Shown piece by piece: positions 1 to 13,360 of a DNA stretch of 64,000 nt. A program made the position numbers and the translations under genes. Every line of letters begins with the position of its first letter. Within the stretch, counting starts at the first letter, position 1. The DNA is from Vicugna vicugna (lineage: Eukaryota): the NCBI GenBank assembly GCA_013265495.1, contig MU058000.1:496001-560000 (forward strand), read 5' to 3'. The notes under the pieces were generated by a model that made no database searches, had not been told where the DNA came from, and was given only the letters and a program-made list of their open reading frames with translations.

Positions 1-100
1 AGCTTTTTCATATTTGCTTCTTTTACTTAGTAATATGATTTAAATTTCCTCTATAGTCTTTTTCATGGCTTGAGAGTACATTTCTTTTTAACACTGAATA
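1..100 (-). mobile_element. Old L1 (L1MC-like) 3' UTR fragment
   Basis: ttttacttagtaatatg...tttcatggcttga...tttctttttaacactgaata resembles the antisense L1MC 3' end. Confidence 0.6.
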
Positions 101-1220
101 GAATTAATATTGTTAAAATGGCCATACTACCCAAAGCAATCTACAGATTTAATGCAATCCCTATGAAATTACCTAGGACATTTTCCAAAGAACTAGAACA
201 AATAATCCTAAAATTTTATGGAATCACAAAAGAGCCAGAATTTCCAAAGCAATACAGAAGAAAAAGAACAAAGCTGGAGGAATAACCCTCCCAGATAATA
301 CAACAGAGCTACAGTAATCAAAACAGTGTGGTATTGACACAAAACTAGACATATGGATCAATGGAACCAAATAGAGAGCCCAAAAATAAACCCACACACC
401 TATGGTCAATTAATCTTCAACAAAGGACCGTAAGAATAAACAATGAAGAAAAGACAATCTCTTTAACAAGTGGTGTTGGGAAAGCTGGACAGTCACATAT
501 AAATTAATGAAGTTAGAACATTCCCTCACACCATACACAAAAATAAACTCAATATGGCTTAAAGACTTGGACACAAAACACTGTAAACCTCCTAGAAGAA
601 AACAGAGGCAAAGCATTCTCCAACATAAATCTTAGCAATGTTCTCCTAGGCAAGTCTACCCAGGCAATAGGAATAAAAGCAAAAATAACCAAATGAGGCC
701 TAATTAAACTTATAAGCTTTTGCACAGCAAAGGAAACTGTAAATAAAATGAAAAGACAACCTATGGAATGGGAGAAAATACTTGCAAATGATGTGACTGA
801 AAAGGGCTTAATTTCCAGAATATACAAACAGCTCATACAACTCAATAACAAAAAAAAATCCCCCCCCAAAAAAAGGGCAGAAGAGCTAAGCAAACATTTA
901 TCCAATGAAGACATACAAATGGCCAACAGGCACATGAAAAAATGCTCAATAATGCTAACTATTAGAGAAACGCAAGTCAAAACTACTATAAGGTATCACT
1001 TCACACCAGTCAGAATGGCAATCATTAAAAAGTCCATAAACAAGAAATGCTGGAGAGGGTATGGAGCAAAGGGAACCTTGTTGGTGGGAATGTAGTTTGG
1101 TGCAGCCATTATGGAAAACAGTATGGAGATTCTTAAAAAACTAAAAATAGACTTACCATGTGATCCAGCAATCCCACTCCGGGAGGAAGCTGTCATTCGA
1201 AAAGATAGATTCTCACCACA
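101..1220 (+). mobile_element. L1 ORF2 C-terminal fragment, frameshifted, no poly(A)
   Basis: Translations [21 protein letters not shown] and [14 protein letters not shown]...[12 protein letters not shown]...KCWRG are L1 ORF2p motifs. Confidence 0.95.
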
Positions 1221-1371
1221 GCATTTTTGACTCGTGCACTGCCTTGCTTAACCATTTTGGGCTTCACTTCTTAAAAACAAAATGTCTATTTGTAGAAGAT
1301 CTTTAGATTTAACAGGAACATTGTGAAGATAGCACACATAGTCTCTATGTACCCCACACTGAATTTCCTCC

Positions 1372-1775
1372 AGGTTTTGGTTTGCTAGAACTGCCGTAAC
1401 AGAGTACTACCCACTGGGGGGCTTAAACAACAGACGTTTATTTTCTCACAGTCTGGGAGGCTAGAAGTCTGAGAAACCCAAGATCAAAGTGCAAGCAGCA
1501 TTGGTTTCTTCTGTGGCTTCCCTTCTTGGCTTGCAGACGGCCTCCTGCTCACGGTGCCCTCTCATGGTTGTCCCTTGATCTCTGTATTGTCTGTGTCCTT
1601 ACCTCCTTTTCTGATAAGGGCACCAGTTGATCAGAATAGAGCCTAGTCCATTGACCTTATTTTTAACTGAATTACCTCTTTCAAGACCTATCTCCTATAA
1701 CAGTCACATTCTGAGTTACTGGGGGTGAGGACTTCAAAGTATGAATTTTGGGGAGATACAACTCCGTCCACAGCA
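1372..1775 (-). mobile_element. MaLR solo LTR (MLT1A-like)
   Basis: ggcttaaacaacagacgtttattttctcacagtctgggaggctagaagtc and acagtcacattctgag are typical antisense MLT1 motifs. Confidence 0.85.
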
Positions 1776-1942
1776 CCATTTTATGAATGCCTTATATTAT
1801 TATGATATATCTGTTACAATCAATAAACTAATATTGATGTATTAATTAAAGTCCATACATTGTTCATATTTCCTTCATTTTTACCTAATGGCCTTTTCCT
1901 GTACCAGGATGCCATCCAGGATACCACATTACATTGTGTCAT

Positions 1943-2320
1943 TGTTAATGGACTGAATTGTGTGGAAATTTTTGTGTGGAAGCCTTAACTCCCAATATGA
2001 TGGTACTTGGTGGTGAGGTCTCTGCAAGGTAATTAGATTTAGAAGTGGTCACCTAGGTGGGGCCCCATGACAGGATTGGTGTCCTTCTAGGAAGTGGAAG
2101 AGAAACCAGAGCTCTCTCTCACACTCTCATTTGTCTGTGAGGACAAATCAAGAAAGCTGCCATCTGCAAGCCAGGAAGAGAGCCCTCAGGACTCAAGAAA
2201 CAAATCTGCCAGCACCCTGATCTTGGACTTCTCAGCTTCTAGAACTGTGAGAAATAAATGTCTTTTTAAGCTACCCAGCCTAATGGTATTTTGTTATGGC
2301 AGCCCAAGCAGATAGAAACA
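1943..2320 (+). mobile_element. MaLR solo LTR (MLT1A-like) with 5-bp TSD gtcat
   Basis: TG...CA ends. gtcat at 1938-1942 and 2321-2325. Core ggacttctcagcttctagaactgtgagaaataaatg. Confidence 0.9.
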
Positions 2321-3939
2321 GTCATCGTGTCTCCCTAGGCTCTTCTTGATTTTGACGTTCTCAAAGTTTTCTTGGTTTTAATGACCCTGACAGTTTTGAA
2401 GACAGTGATCAGGTACTTTGTAGAATTTTCCACAATTGGGACTTACCTGGTGTTCTTCTCATGAGTAGATTGAGGTTGTGGGTATTTGGGAGAAAGACCA
2501 CAGAGGCAAAATGCCATGTTTATCAAGGGTCCCTACTACCAACATGACATCACTATTGATGTTAACCTTGATCACTTGGCTGAGGTAAGGTATTTCCAAG
2601 TTTCTCCACTGTAAAGTTATTCTTTCTCCCACCTCAATACTGTGCTCTTTGGAGGGAAGTCACTATGTGCAGCTCACACTTAAGAGGAGTTAAGGATTTT
2701 CACATTTTTTACCTGTAAACCAGCAGGGACTGGTGTAAACCAGTCATTTCTGAACTAATTGATAATGAGTTTTTTCCTCATAATCAATGAGAAGTGTTGT
2801 TCTGATTTAAAAAGAAGTCTGTGTTCACAGAACAGGGTAAGAATGCAGGGTCACTTAGGTTCAAACCTGTTATTTTAACCTCCTTAGCTCTCACTCCAAA
2901 CTGCGGGACTACAAAAAAACACATTGGGAATGTAGGGCGATGTAATGGTCTACCTCCTTGGAAGTTGGCCCTAATAATATTAATCAGACTAGGACAGATT
3001 CCCTAACGCCTGTGTTCAGACTCAATTCTGAAAGCTCGTGGGGGGTCTCTTCTTCACACTGATGACAGAGATTTGGATGCAACGCACTGTTCAGTAATCA
3101 GTACTCAATAATTATGTTGCTGATTAGTTGCATCTGACAAACACAAGAAACTCTTAGTAACACTTTCTATAACTAAAGGATGAAATTTACTAGAAATTTT
3201 ACCTTCACTGCAAACGCCACTACGTAGTTTATTTTTTATCCCAATGTATGACGCATGTGTTGAAATTCTACCGACATGAATATGTAAAGTAAGGCAAACC
3301 AAAGGAATGTTAAGTGGAAATTGTTTTTAATCTTTACCAGAGTTGAATTATTCTTAAAACTTGAAGAACTGCTATTTGTTTCATATCAATTTTTTGTTTC
3401 CTGCATCAGCTTAAAGGTATCCACATTAAGAGATTCTTGAAAGCTCCAATTATTCTAGGAATAATAGACATTTTTCTCTTTAAATATTGGAACACTAATT
3501 AGTTGTCCTTTAAGCAGATTTCTTTTTTTAATGATTATAAAAGTACATCTGTTCATGATATACAACAATGTATTCATGCAACATCAAATTGTATTTTACC
3601 CATGAAGAGTCCTCAGAGGACACAATTTTGTTGCTTACAAACTAAAGTTTAAGCCCTATTAAATATGATTACCTGGACAACATATCCACATTTTTAAAGG
3701 AGAGCTCTATAATGTTAATTTAGAAGAGTGATTATAATTAATAACTTCCACATTCTGAGATTTTTTTAAACAATGTAACCATACTTTTATCTTTTTATAA
3801 TTTATGGAAGAAGAAACAGATAATCTTGTCTTGAGTATAGGAAGATCTTTTAAATGATGAAGTTTCTGGTGTTTTCAAGTTGACAAAATGTTTTTTAATA
3901 GCATCATTTGGTTTGTAGGACACTTTTATTCATATACTC

Positions 3940-5800
3940 TGCATATTAATTGTAGGTTCTTTATTATGGAATATTTAAACTGCATAAAGATGCACAGTGT
4001 ACTATAACAAATACCTACCCTCAAAAAAATTATTAACAAGTGTGGTTTTATCACATATACCATATCCACAAATACCAACAGGATTGTTTTGTATTTTAAC
4101 ATTTTATGTAATGGCATCATATTTTGTATATCATTCTATAGCTTACCTTTTTGACTCCATATATGAGTTCAAGAGAAATTAATGTTGATATATGTACTCT
4201 AGTTCATTTCAATGGCTATATAGTATCTTATCACATAGCTAAGTCAAAGTTTATTTATCCATTTCCTCATTAATGGGCTTTAAGTTGTTTCTAAAAGTTG
4301 ACTTGTGAAGGATGCTGCAATGAACATCCCTGTATATGTTGCCTTGTGCCGGTTTCTCTGGGGAAAGACGACTTGTCGAGTTGCAAGATACAGTAAACTT
4401 CAGCCTTACCAGACGTTGCCCAATTATTTTTTGTAATGATTGTAGGGAAATTCACTCCTAGGAGTAGTACATGAAAATTCTTATTTCTAGATATCCTGAC
4501 CATATCCTTAGACATTAAATATTTACCAATCTGAAGAATATTCTTTCTCTCGTTGTCCTTATGACTACTGAGGTTTAGCATTTTTCATACTTACTCATAC
4601 ATAGTCATACTTACTTAACTTTCTTCTGTAAATTATTTGTTTATTGCCTTGTCTTTTTATTGCTTCAAGGAGTTCTTTATGTATCTTTAATATTAATACT
4701 TTGGTATACAATTAGTAAATATCTCTTCCCAGTCCATCACTTGCCTTTTGACTTAATTTTTAAAATATGTAATGACTCGGAAGTTATAATCTAGTCATTT
4801 AACTTTATGCAATACTTTATTATAGAGATAATTTAAATTTTGGTATAAACAAACGTATCTTTAATTTCCTTCCAATCAACTCTAATAATTTTCTCCATTG
4901 AGGTCTTGCATGTCTTCCATTTATTTTTAACTATCTTAAGTTTTCTTTTTATTTTTCTGTGAGTTTTTTTAAATTATATTTTCTAAGTGATTTTTGCTGG
5001 TGTATAAGAATCTATTGATTATTATATGTTAATCTTCTTTGTACTAACTTTGCTGAACTCTCTTGATTTTCCCTACAGAAAAAATATATAAATATGATAG
5101 TTTTGTTTTTTCCTAATATTAATTCCTAAATTTTTCTTGTCTTAGTGCATTGATTAGGAACTGCAGTACAAACTGAGTACTAGCATCCTGTCTTCTTGAT
5201 CTTAAAGGCAATACTTCTAAAATTTTCCCATTGTGTGTGAAATTTGCTATATTTTTAGTAGATGCCTGTTGTAAGGTGCATTAGTCAGGATTTAGGGTTA
5301 GAGGTGACAGCAGCTTACCCTGATTAACTTACAAACCCACTGACCCCTTTCTTCCACCCTTCCTCCCTCCCTTTCTTTTCTTCCTTTCCTTCTTTCTTTC
5401 TTTTTTTCTGGAATGATTTGTACAAAAAAAGACTATCAATTTCTTGAAAGTTTGGTAAATCCATTCAGGCTGGTGTCTTTTAGGGGTGGGAGACAGATAG
5501 AAAAAAAATAATTTGATTTTTATTTGTCTGTTTAGGTTTTCTATTTCTATTTTTGGTCATTCATGTTTTTCCTAAAGACAATAATTTCATATAATTTTAA
5601 AAATTTACGAGGATAAAGCTATTCATAGGATTCATTTAAGTTGTTTATATAAATTAGTACAATATGTGTGGTTGTAGCCTCTTTTCCATTCCAGATGCAG
5701 TTATGTATTGTGCTTCTTCCCTTCTTTTTCCTGATCAATCATGCTAGATGTTTGTCTATTTTATTTTCTCAAAGAACCAGCTTTTATATTAGTTTATATT
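3940..5800 (-). mobile_element. Ancient L1 (L1ME/L1M-like), degraded
   Basis: T-rich antisense L1 motifs (gatgctgcaatgaacatccc, ttctcaaagaaccagctttt, gatcttaaaggcaatacttc). Confidence 0.7.
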
Positions 5801-8424
5801 AGTTTTAACTTTAAAAATTATGGTGTAATATGTATGTCCTACAAGGAATTATAATTAGAAATTTTAATCATATGTAGTAATTTCTAGGAAAGGGTTTACT
5901 TCTTTGTTTCTATGACACTGAAAAATCCCCTGGAAAATATGAATTAAGATTTTTTTTCTATGTAGTTCTTGTAAGGAGACTTTTAACAGATGTACATGAC
6001 TGTGGAGATGTTTTAAGTGTTTTGTTTTGTTTTATTTAATGAACGTATATTTATACAGGATTTGTTAGAGAGGTGCCATTGTGATAGACATTGTTACCAC
6101 AAATAGAACCATACATGCCCTGTCCTCTAGGAGTTTTCAAGCCAATGAAAATTTATAACCACTCTTTATGGTCCGCTATACTCTGTGTCAAAGGCTTTAT
6201 TCATCAGTTCTCATGACACTGGCAGTGACTTCTTGGGAGAGTGACTGTCTGGACCTCACAGCCAGTGAGCTTATATTCCATCCTTCAGAGCTTTCTTTTC
6301 ATACCAGACCACACATATGGCCCAAGGAGTGAATTTACTCTGCCCTTTTAGAGTCCGAGAAACATTGTTTAGTGGTCTGGCAGCATCTGTATTTACTTGA
6401 CTTGATTTGGGGTAGAGTATAATCCTAGTTCTTGATGAAAGGATTTTCATGCATTAACCTTATGGGTCATGAGATTTGTGGGATTATTTCCACTCATAAA
6501 GTGATTTGTGGAAAAAAATGTGTATGAATCTTTAACTTAGGATTAAAACAGATATTCCCATAAGAGATGGGTCTATAAAATTCATCTTAATTTGAGAAAT
6601 GCAATAAATAAACATTTCTAAAATATCTTGTTGGTTCAGTTCCTTCAATCCAAAAGCCAGTTGGAGATCTGTTCTGTATCAAGGTTCCCCAGCCCTCTTG
6701 TAAGAAGGGGCTGTTTTTCATTTCCTTGCAGCCCTGAAGAGGAGTGAAAACAATGTCAGGGATGGTCCTCCTCAGAGCTCTACAGGGTCTGCCCCTCCAG
6801 AAGTGGTTGTCTCCCCAGGATGATCTGAGCTTACGGGTCAGGCCAGAGAGAATAGTCAAAGAGAACATCAGTAGCCAGTCCAGGACTATAGAGGGCTCCT
6901 GGCTGAGTCACATGATGCCTAGTAACAAATATCTTGCTGTTGTGTGTCAGAGTCCAGAATGGTGGGGCGTTTGTGTCTAAGGGAGATAAAGGAGAATAAA
7001 TGAGATCGCATGTATGGGAAGCCAGCCAGTGACTGAAAAATAGTCTTTAATAGATATATTTCTTTCCATTTCCTCCTCCTCCTCTTCATCTCATCCTTTG
7101 CAACCCCTCTGGACTTGTGCTATAGGCCCTAAAGGTTTGGTTGGATTATGGCAATATGCAGTTAATGCTAGTAGACTTCAACCTGCTCCAACTGCCGCAA
7201 TTCATACAATTCATCAAATGGGATCAGGGTTGGCAACGAAACTAAGCTGATGGACTTTGTCATCGTAGAATTCCCACACCAGGTAGGAGGCAGAAAATGA
7301 CTGGGAGACATGCTCACAGTTCCTGCAGCTATTAGTCATGGTGTGTTAGTGGAACACAATCTCAAAAAGTTATTTCCCAAATTCTTTCCAAAGACCTGGT
7401 TCTCCACACAGTTTTAGCCAGCTGTAATGGCAGGGAGAAACTAGAGTGTCAGGAAGAGCAGAATTTATACTTTAATTTTATTTTGGATCAAATGTTCCTT
7501 AAAACAAACCTTCACCTGATCCTAATTTTCATTTCTATTCCATAGACTGGTGATTTGAGTGTCAGGGTTGGAGTTCTTAGAATCTGTTTGTGTGGTATAA
7601 ATACAGAAGTGGTCTGGTTCTGAGTACTAGGATCATGATCAGTGTTTTGACATAAACTCAAAACCTGTCTAAGTCACATGTTATTTTTTGAAGCATAGAA
7701 ATTGGACTTTGCAAACGACCTAAATCCCTTTGTTTGAGAAACTTTAAATAAGCGTTGAGTTTTCTTTCCATAAAGTTCTGCACTGCATCTAGAAAGCTTC
7801 TTTAAAACATAGCTCTGAAAACCTGAGTCTGGCAAAGAAGTTGGATAGTTGAAGGAGAAACTCTGTTTTGTGGTAAAGGGGAACAAAAGGAGGGGGAGAA
7901 GTAATTATTGTCAATTTAAAATTTTGTATTAAATTTCTAGTGAACGAGACTGGCAAAAATTTCAGTTTCTTTTATCCAAACATAGTTACAGTATTAGATG
8001 TGTGTTAGAAATCCAGCATGTGAATGTCATCTCCTTAAATTTTAATAGCACAAAAGATGGGAACAGCAAGGGAATAAGGAGATAAACAGAGCACAGGCTT
8101 TCACAGTTGATGGGATGCCAAGGGCACTTGGGAGTTACAGTGGTAAGCTAAGAAAGGAATTAAATTTGGGCAAAGCTTCACTTTTACTCACGTTACAAGT
8201 TTCAACTAGTTCTAATGTTCTGCTAACATTTTGTGATTTTATGGGACGGTAAGTTTGGATGGTGGAGGACAGGGACTGGGTATTACTGAGAGAGACCCCA
8301 GTGGAGTTCTGAGTAATCCAAGGGCAGCTTGAGGGCACTGGGAAGACTTAAGGAGGGGAGGGAGTGCACAGAGGGAAACGCGCCCCTCTTTCCAAATAAA
8401 GTCAGCAGTGCGTGACACTCCAGA

Positions 8425-8615
8425 GTGTGATTTCTCAAAATGTGGTCCCAGGACAGCTTGCATCCGAATTACCTGTGAACCTGTTAAAAATCAAAGTTCC
8501 CAGATCACACTCCAAATCATTAAAATGAGAACACTAGGAATGGGGCCTGAGACTATGCATTTCAAACAAATAGCCTAGGTAATCCCAAGCATTCAAACTC
8601 CTGTTTGAACCTCCA
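8425..8615. mobile_element. MER5-family hAT-Charlie MITE
   Basis: tttctcaaaatgtggtccc...gaattacctg...gttaaaaa...ggggcctgagactatgcatttcaaacaa. Confidence 0.75.
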
Positions 8616-8849
8616 TGCCAAAGAGTAAGTCAAAAGTAAGTAAAAAAGTATGTGTTAGAACGGAACCTACGAATACTGTACACAAAAATACCACCAGTGA
8701 AAATGGCCGCTGCTCGGGCTTCCCATAGCTCTTAGGTCAAGATCCCCTCTGCAGTTGCCTTCAGAGTCATTAGGAAAATTTCGAACGTAGAATTTCTGGA
8801 GAATCTCTAGTGTATAAATGAAAGAAGGGAAGACTTGCAAAATACTGAA

Positions 8850-9290
8850 TAAGTGGTAACGTGCCATTTTGGGAGACAGACTGGCCAGGGCCGGTTTCTT
8901 GTCTCTCCATTTCCCATCTGGGAATGTAATGTATCATCAAACCAGACTGAGTTGACTGCATTTCCCCAGATGGACCACGCTCTCCCCTGTCTCCATGCCT
9001 TTGCACTTTGCTGTCCCCTCTGTCTAGAATGTCTTTCTCCAGGGGGCAGATTCCTATTTGCTTTTTATGTCTTGGTTCAAATGTCACTTCCTCTGGAGAG
9101 ACTGACCACCCCAAATTCCACATTGCACAATTCTCTACAACACTCAACACCCTTGTATTGAATTACTTACTTGTCTTTCCCATTAGCCCATGTACTTTTC
9201 AGGACCATTTATTTATTTCCTCTATTTAGTACAGAGCTTAGTTCATGAAACCTGCCCAGTAAATGTTCTTTAAATTAATAAATGACTTAA
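8850..9290 (+). mobile_element. L2 3' fragment
   Basis: gcctttgcactttgctgtcccctctgtctagaatg; ggttcaaatgtcacttcctc; ends in cagtaaatgttc...aataaatga. Confidence 0.75.
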
Positions 9291-10289
9291 TATCTTGATG
9301 TCCCAAAACATATTGCCTAACCTGCATGTTCCAGTAGCGTGAATATTTTCACTACACCTTGTATAAGATTCCATTTAGAGTAAGTGGGAATTTTAGTTTA
9401 ATAAATGATCAGTTATTCAGTAGCGTGGATTAATTCCACCTTTGTTTTCCCAAGAATGGGAGAGGAGCTACACACGAAGAATAAAAGGAGGCGACATGGG
9501 TAATTTTGACACAAATTTTAGGGTTAAACTGTTTCTGAGTGCAGCCACGCAATGAATGGGTGAGGGCTATGTCGGGACACTCAGCATGGAGGAGTTGATG
9601 GTGGGCCACAGAGGTGTGAGAGTGAGTCTGGGGAGGGGAGAGGGAGGGAGGAGACTGCAAACTGCTTATTTCAAAAGTTTACCTGGAGGTGGCCCTGCAC
9701 TAGGAGTGGAGGGAGAAAACTCCCCTCCTGTGATGGCCATGGCCTCCTCATGGTTCCTACACACAAAACTCAAGTCCTAGTTCCACCATGTGAGTGAATG
9801 AAAGGCTTTGAGGGACATGGCCTAAGAATTTGACCACCCTAAGGAAAAATGCATTCAAAATCCCAGAAAATAGATTTATAAACAAACTTTTGAAATCTAA
9901 CCAACTCAGAAACTGAACAAGGCCTAGATTAGCTTTTTCTGGCAAATCAACTTAGTAATGAAAGCAAATTATATTTATGCAAAGGTCAGGACTCTGGAGA
10001 CACAAGAGGCACTTTAGGAGAAGGAAACTAAATGAAGTTTGAAGGGCAGGAGATATTTGAATGAAAAATTTCATTTCTTAAACAAGTGGTAACAAAATGA
10101 CCAAATTTTCTGAACCCCAAAGCAGACACATGATTTTATAAGTCATATAACATATACATTGGCCCACTCCAAAGAATCAGTGGCATAATCAATATATAAA
10201 AAGAGTGACTCAGCTGTGCCAAAATATAGGCAATTTTGAATAGGCAAGAAAATGTGGATGGTTTAGTGCAAGCCAATCACTAGTTCTAT

Positions 10290-11280
10290 AACCCATTAAC
10301 AAATATTTATTAAGTGTGTGTGTGTTATAATTAGACACATAAGAGATGTTTAATAAATATTATTGAATGAATGAATAGACATCTACTATGAGTCAGGTAC
10401 TGTACTGGAGCTGGGAAATAGTCCTATGACATATATGGTATTTATTCTCATGGACATTGCAGTGAGATGACAAACAATTAAAAATGTTTTATGTAGAAAA
10501 GGAAGTGCCAGCTTCTGTTGGAGCACATAGCAAATGGGTTTAATCTAAGTCAGAGGGTCAGATAAAATATCTCTATGGAAGGTATAAAATAAATAAAATA
10601 AATACAGGAAATGTAGTCAGTATTTTATAATAACTTTATATGGAGTATAATCTACAAAAATATTGAATCACCATGTTGTAACACCTGAAACTAATATAAT
10701 ATTGTAAGTCAACTATACTTCAGTAATATAGATAGATAGATATAGAGATATAGATATCTCTATGGGAGAGTGGGAGGAAATACAGGAGGCGGTGTAAGGC
10801 TGAACAGGTAGTGCACTGCACAAACCCTAGGAAGTGCCATTCACATATCAATTGGTCCTGGAGGAAACACTAAGACAGAATGGTATATGCAATGACCTGG
10901 AATGTAGGAGTGTAGCATATGCAATCAAGGAACTGCAGTCTAGAGAGGCAAGGTAAATTCAAGCAGGATGAAAGAAGGCTGAAAGGAGCAGAGAGTGGCT
11001 TGTTCAGGGCAGGTTAGGATTTGGAACTTGTCTAAGGGAAAGGGAAGCCAGTTTTGAGATTTGAGTTTTGGAAAGAAAAACAAGCACCCCTGGTTGAAGG
11101 GTGAAGAATGTTTTGGGGGGTAGCAAGAGTGAAAGCTGGGGAAGAGTGAAAGCCTGGGCCACAGTGATGGGAGAGGCTGTCCAGCGTATGACATATAGTC
11201 AACAAGATGGGCCAGGTGATTGGGTGTGGGGATTAAGAAAAGGAGAGGAATCAAGTATGTATAGTGGGTATGAAATATTT
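10290..11280 (-). mobile_element. L2 fragments (host of a small L1 insert)
   Basis: aacaaatatttattaag, purine-rich body, ggatttggaacttgtctaagg. Confidence 0.6.
10579..10753 (+). mobile_element. 5'-truncated L1 3' end with 12-bp TSD atatctctatgg
   Basis: acacctgaaactaatataatattgtaagtcaactatacttc is an L1 terminus. TSD at 10567-10578 and 10754-10765. Confidence 0.85.
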
Positions 11281-11744
11281 TTTAAAAAATCCTAGATATG
11301 CAAAAATTATTTCTCATATTTAAAATAATTTAAATTGAACTTTGAGCCTCTCTCTTGCTCCTCTGTGGCTCCCTTTCCACACATTTATAACCTGAGAATT
11401 TATGAAGGGGTCTAATACCTACCCACAGCAAAGCATTCTGGGAGACCTCTTGAACCTCCAGTCCACACCATTAAAATACCTGTTATCCAATCCATGGCAA
11501 ATGGACCACAGATGTTCTTTACTGAAGCTGGGAGACCCTGTGCATAGGATGGAGCCTCCTAAGCTGTTCTAAGCAGTCCTGGGTCTTGGCTCCTACCCAA
11601 GGTGTTAGCAGATGATGAAGTGAAGTTCCTACTCTAGGGGCCAAAGCCTTGCAGCCTTTCTCTTACATGAGAAATTTGTCTTCTCTCTCCCTGCACCTGA
11701 AGGCCCTTACTCTGTGCCTTTCCCCTTTCAGACACCAGATCTCT

Positions 11745-12100
11745 TCAAGTAGTTTTTTAGAGTTCCATTACTGGGGTCCATGAACTTGGATGGGAAAAAT
11801 ACCACGTTTTAATTTTCACAGAAGTCTAACTATAGTTGAGCGTGTCCTTCAATTATGAATGTAGGCAGCAAACCACAGTTGTGGTTTCACATATATTTCC
11901 AGACCCTGTTGTTGCAGATATCTGGAAACACAGTTTGCCACATCACTTCTTAGACATTGTTTTTAGCATGTTAATAAATCCACATGCTAAAAATCATAAA
12001 TCTCTTTTAATATGTTTGTGACTGTATTTCAGTATATTTGATTTCCTTTATAGTCCTATATATTTTATTTTAGGCATTCAAAAGCACTGTCAGTCTGCCA
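11745..12100. mobile_element. hAT-Charlie relic (Charlie4-like)
   Basis: ggggtccatgaacttggatgggaaaaa...ccttcaattatgaatgtaggcagcaaaccacag...gttgttgcagatatct. Confidence 0.7.
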
Positions 12101-13019
12101 GAGATGTCTTCCAAGCTTTTGGCTTAAACATCTTGTTGGGGGTATTTATTGAGATGCGGAAAATTGGAGAAAAGGCAGGTTTGGTGCTGAAGTGGGTGAG
12201 CAGAGATAATATCATGAGTTAGATCATAATAAGGTATAGTTAAGTTCAGTTAACCTGTGGACTCAGTGTGTTATAGGGAAACACAGAAAACTTATCTGTA
12301 ATCCAAAACTTGAAACCAAACCTTTAAACCAAAGCTAGACTTCTGCTTAAAATATGCAGCACTATCAGTGAAAAAAATCTTAATATCCAGGGCAAAGTTT
12401 ATTTTAAAAGCCATTTATACACTAAGTCTATTCTTTGAAATGGAATTGATTGCCCAAGAGAGCTGTTTTTCTTCCTCTCAGCTTTGTGCTAACTAAAAAG
12501 ACTCAACAGTACAGATATTACTTATTAAGTAGTCATTATGTTTCAGAGGAAGCTTGTATAATAATTCTGCTAATTACACCTAACAATTTTAACTACGTAA
12601 ATCTTTTGAAAATCTCGTTAGGTTCAAAACGACTTTATTCTGCAGATGTGCACACACATACACAGTTTCTCATTCTTTGTATCAGGCTGAAATAAATGGA
12701 ATTGCCATTCTTGGTCAAAAATGGTTGAATGTAAGTTGTTTTTTATGGGTTTCATATGGTTTGACCTAAAGTTCTGGAACAGTACCTTGGGATCTCTGAT
12801 AAAATAAAAGGAGATCTCTGATACTCCTGTCAAGGAACAACTCAAGATCAATTCAGACCAGAGAGACAGACTGATAAATAGATATTTTCCTTTCATTTCA
12901 CTGTAAGATACATGTCAAATCTGAGTGTGTAGGCTTTGAGATCAAAGAGATCTTGGTTTATCTATTTATCTGACAAATTCTAGTTGGTTATCTCACCATT
13001 AAGCCAGACACTGATAGAA

Positions 13020-13360
13020 GCAAACTAAAGAAACCTTGTTTCCTTTAGCTATCACCATCCTACCCTCCCACTCTATCCCTCTCCAGCCCTGAGAAACCAC
13101 TAATTTACTTTCTGTCACTATAGATCTAATAGTCTGGAATTTCATATGAATTTGATCACGTATTTGGTGTTTTGTGACTGACTTCTTTCAGTTAACATAA
13201 TATTTTCAAGGTTCATCTGTCTTGTAACATGTATCAGTACTTCATTGCTTTGTGTGGCTGTATATACACATTTTGTCTGTATCCATTTGTCTGTTGATGG
13301 GCATTAATGCTGTTTCCACCTTTTGGCTATTATAAATAATGCTGCTATAAACTTTCGTAT
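13020..13360 (-). mobile_element. L1MB-like 3' end
   Basis: ccactaatttactttctgtc...gacttctttcagttaacataatattttcaaggttcatc...ttggctattataaataatgctgct. Confidence 0.85.

Larger units (their letters stand above)
1290..2690 (-). mobile_element. L1MC3-like 3' end, interrupted by two MaLR LTRs
   Basis: Characteristic ccatccaggataccacattacat, gaccacagaggcaaaatgcc and ccttgatcacttggctgagg segments continue across the insertions. Confidence 0.8.

Noticed and set aside
7160..7290. Short open stretch ending at a donor-like cag|gtagga
   Set aside because: No convincing upstream acceptor and no protein similarity.
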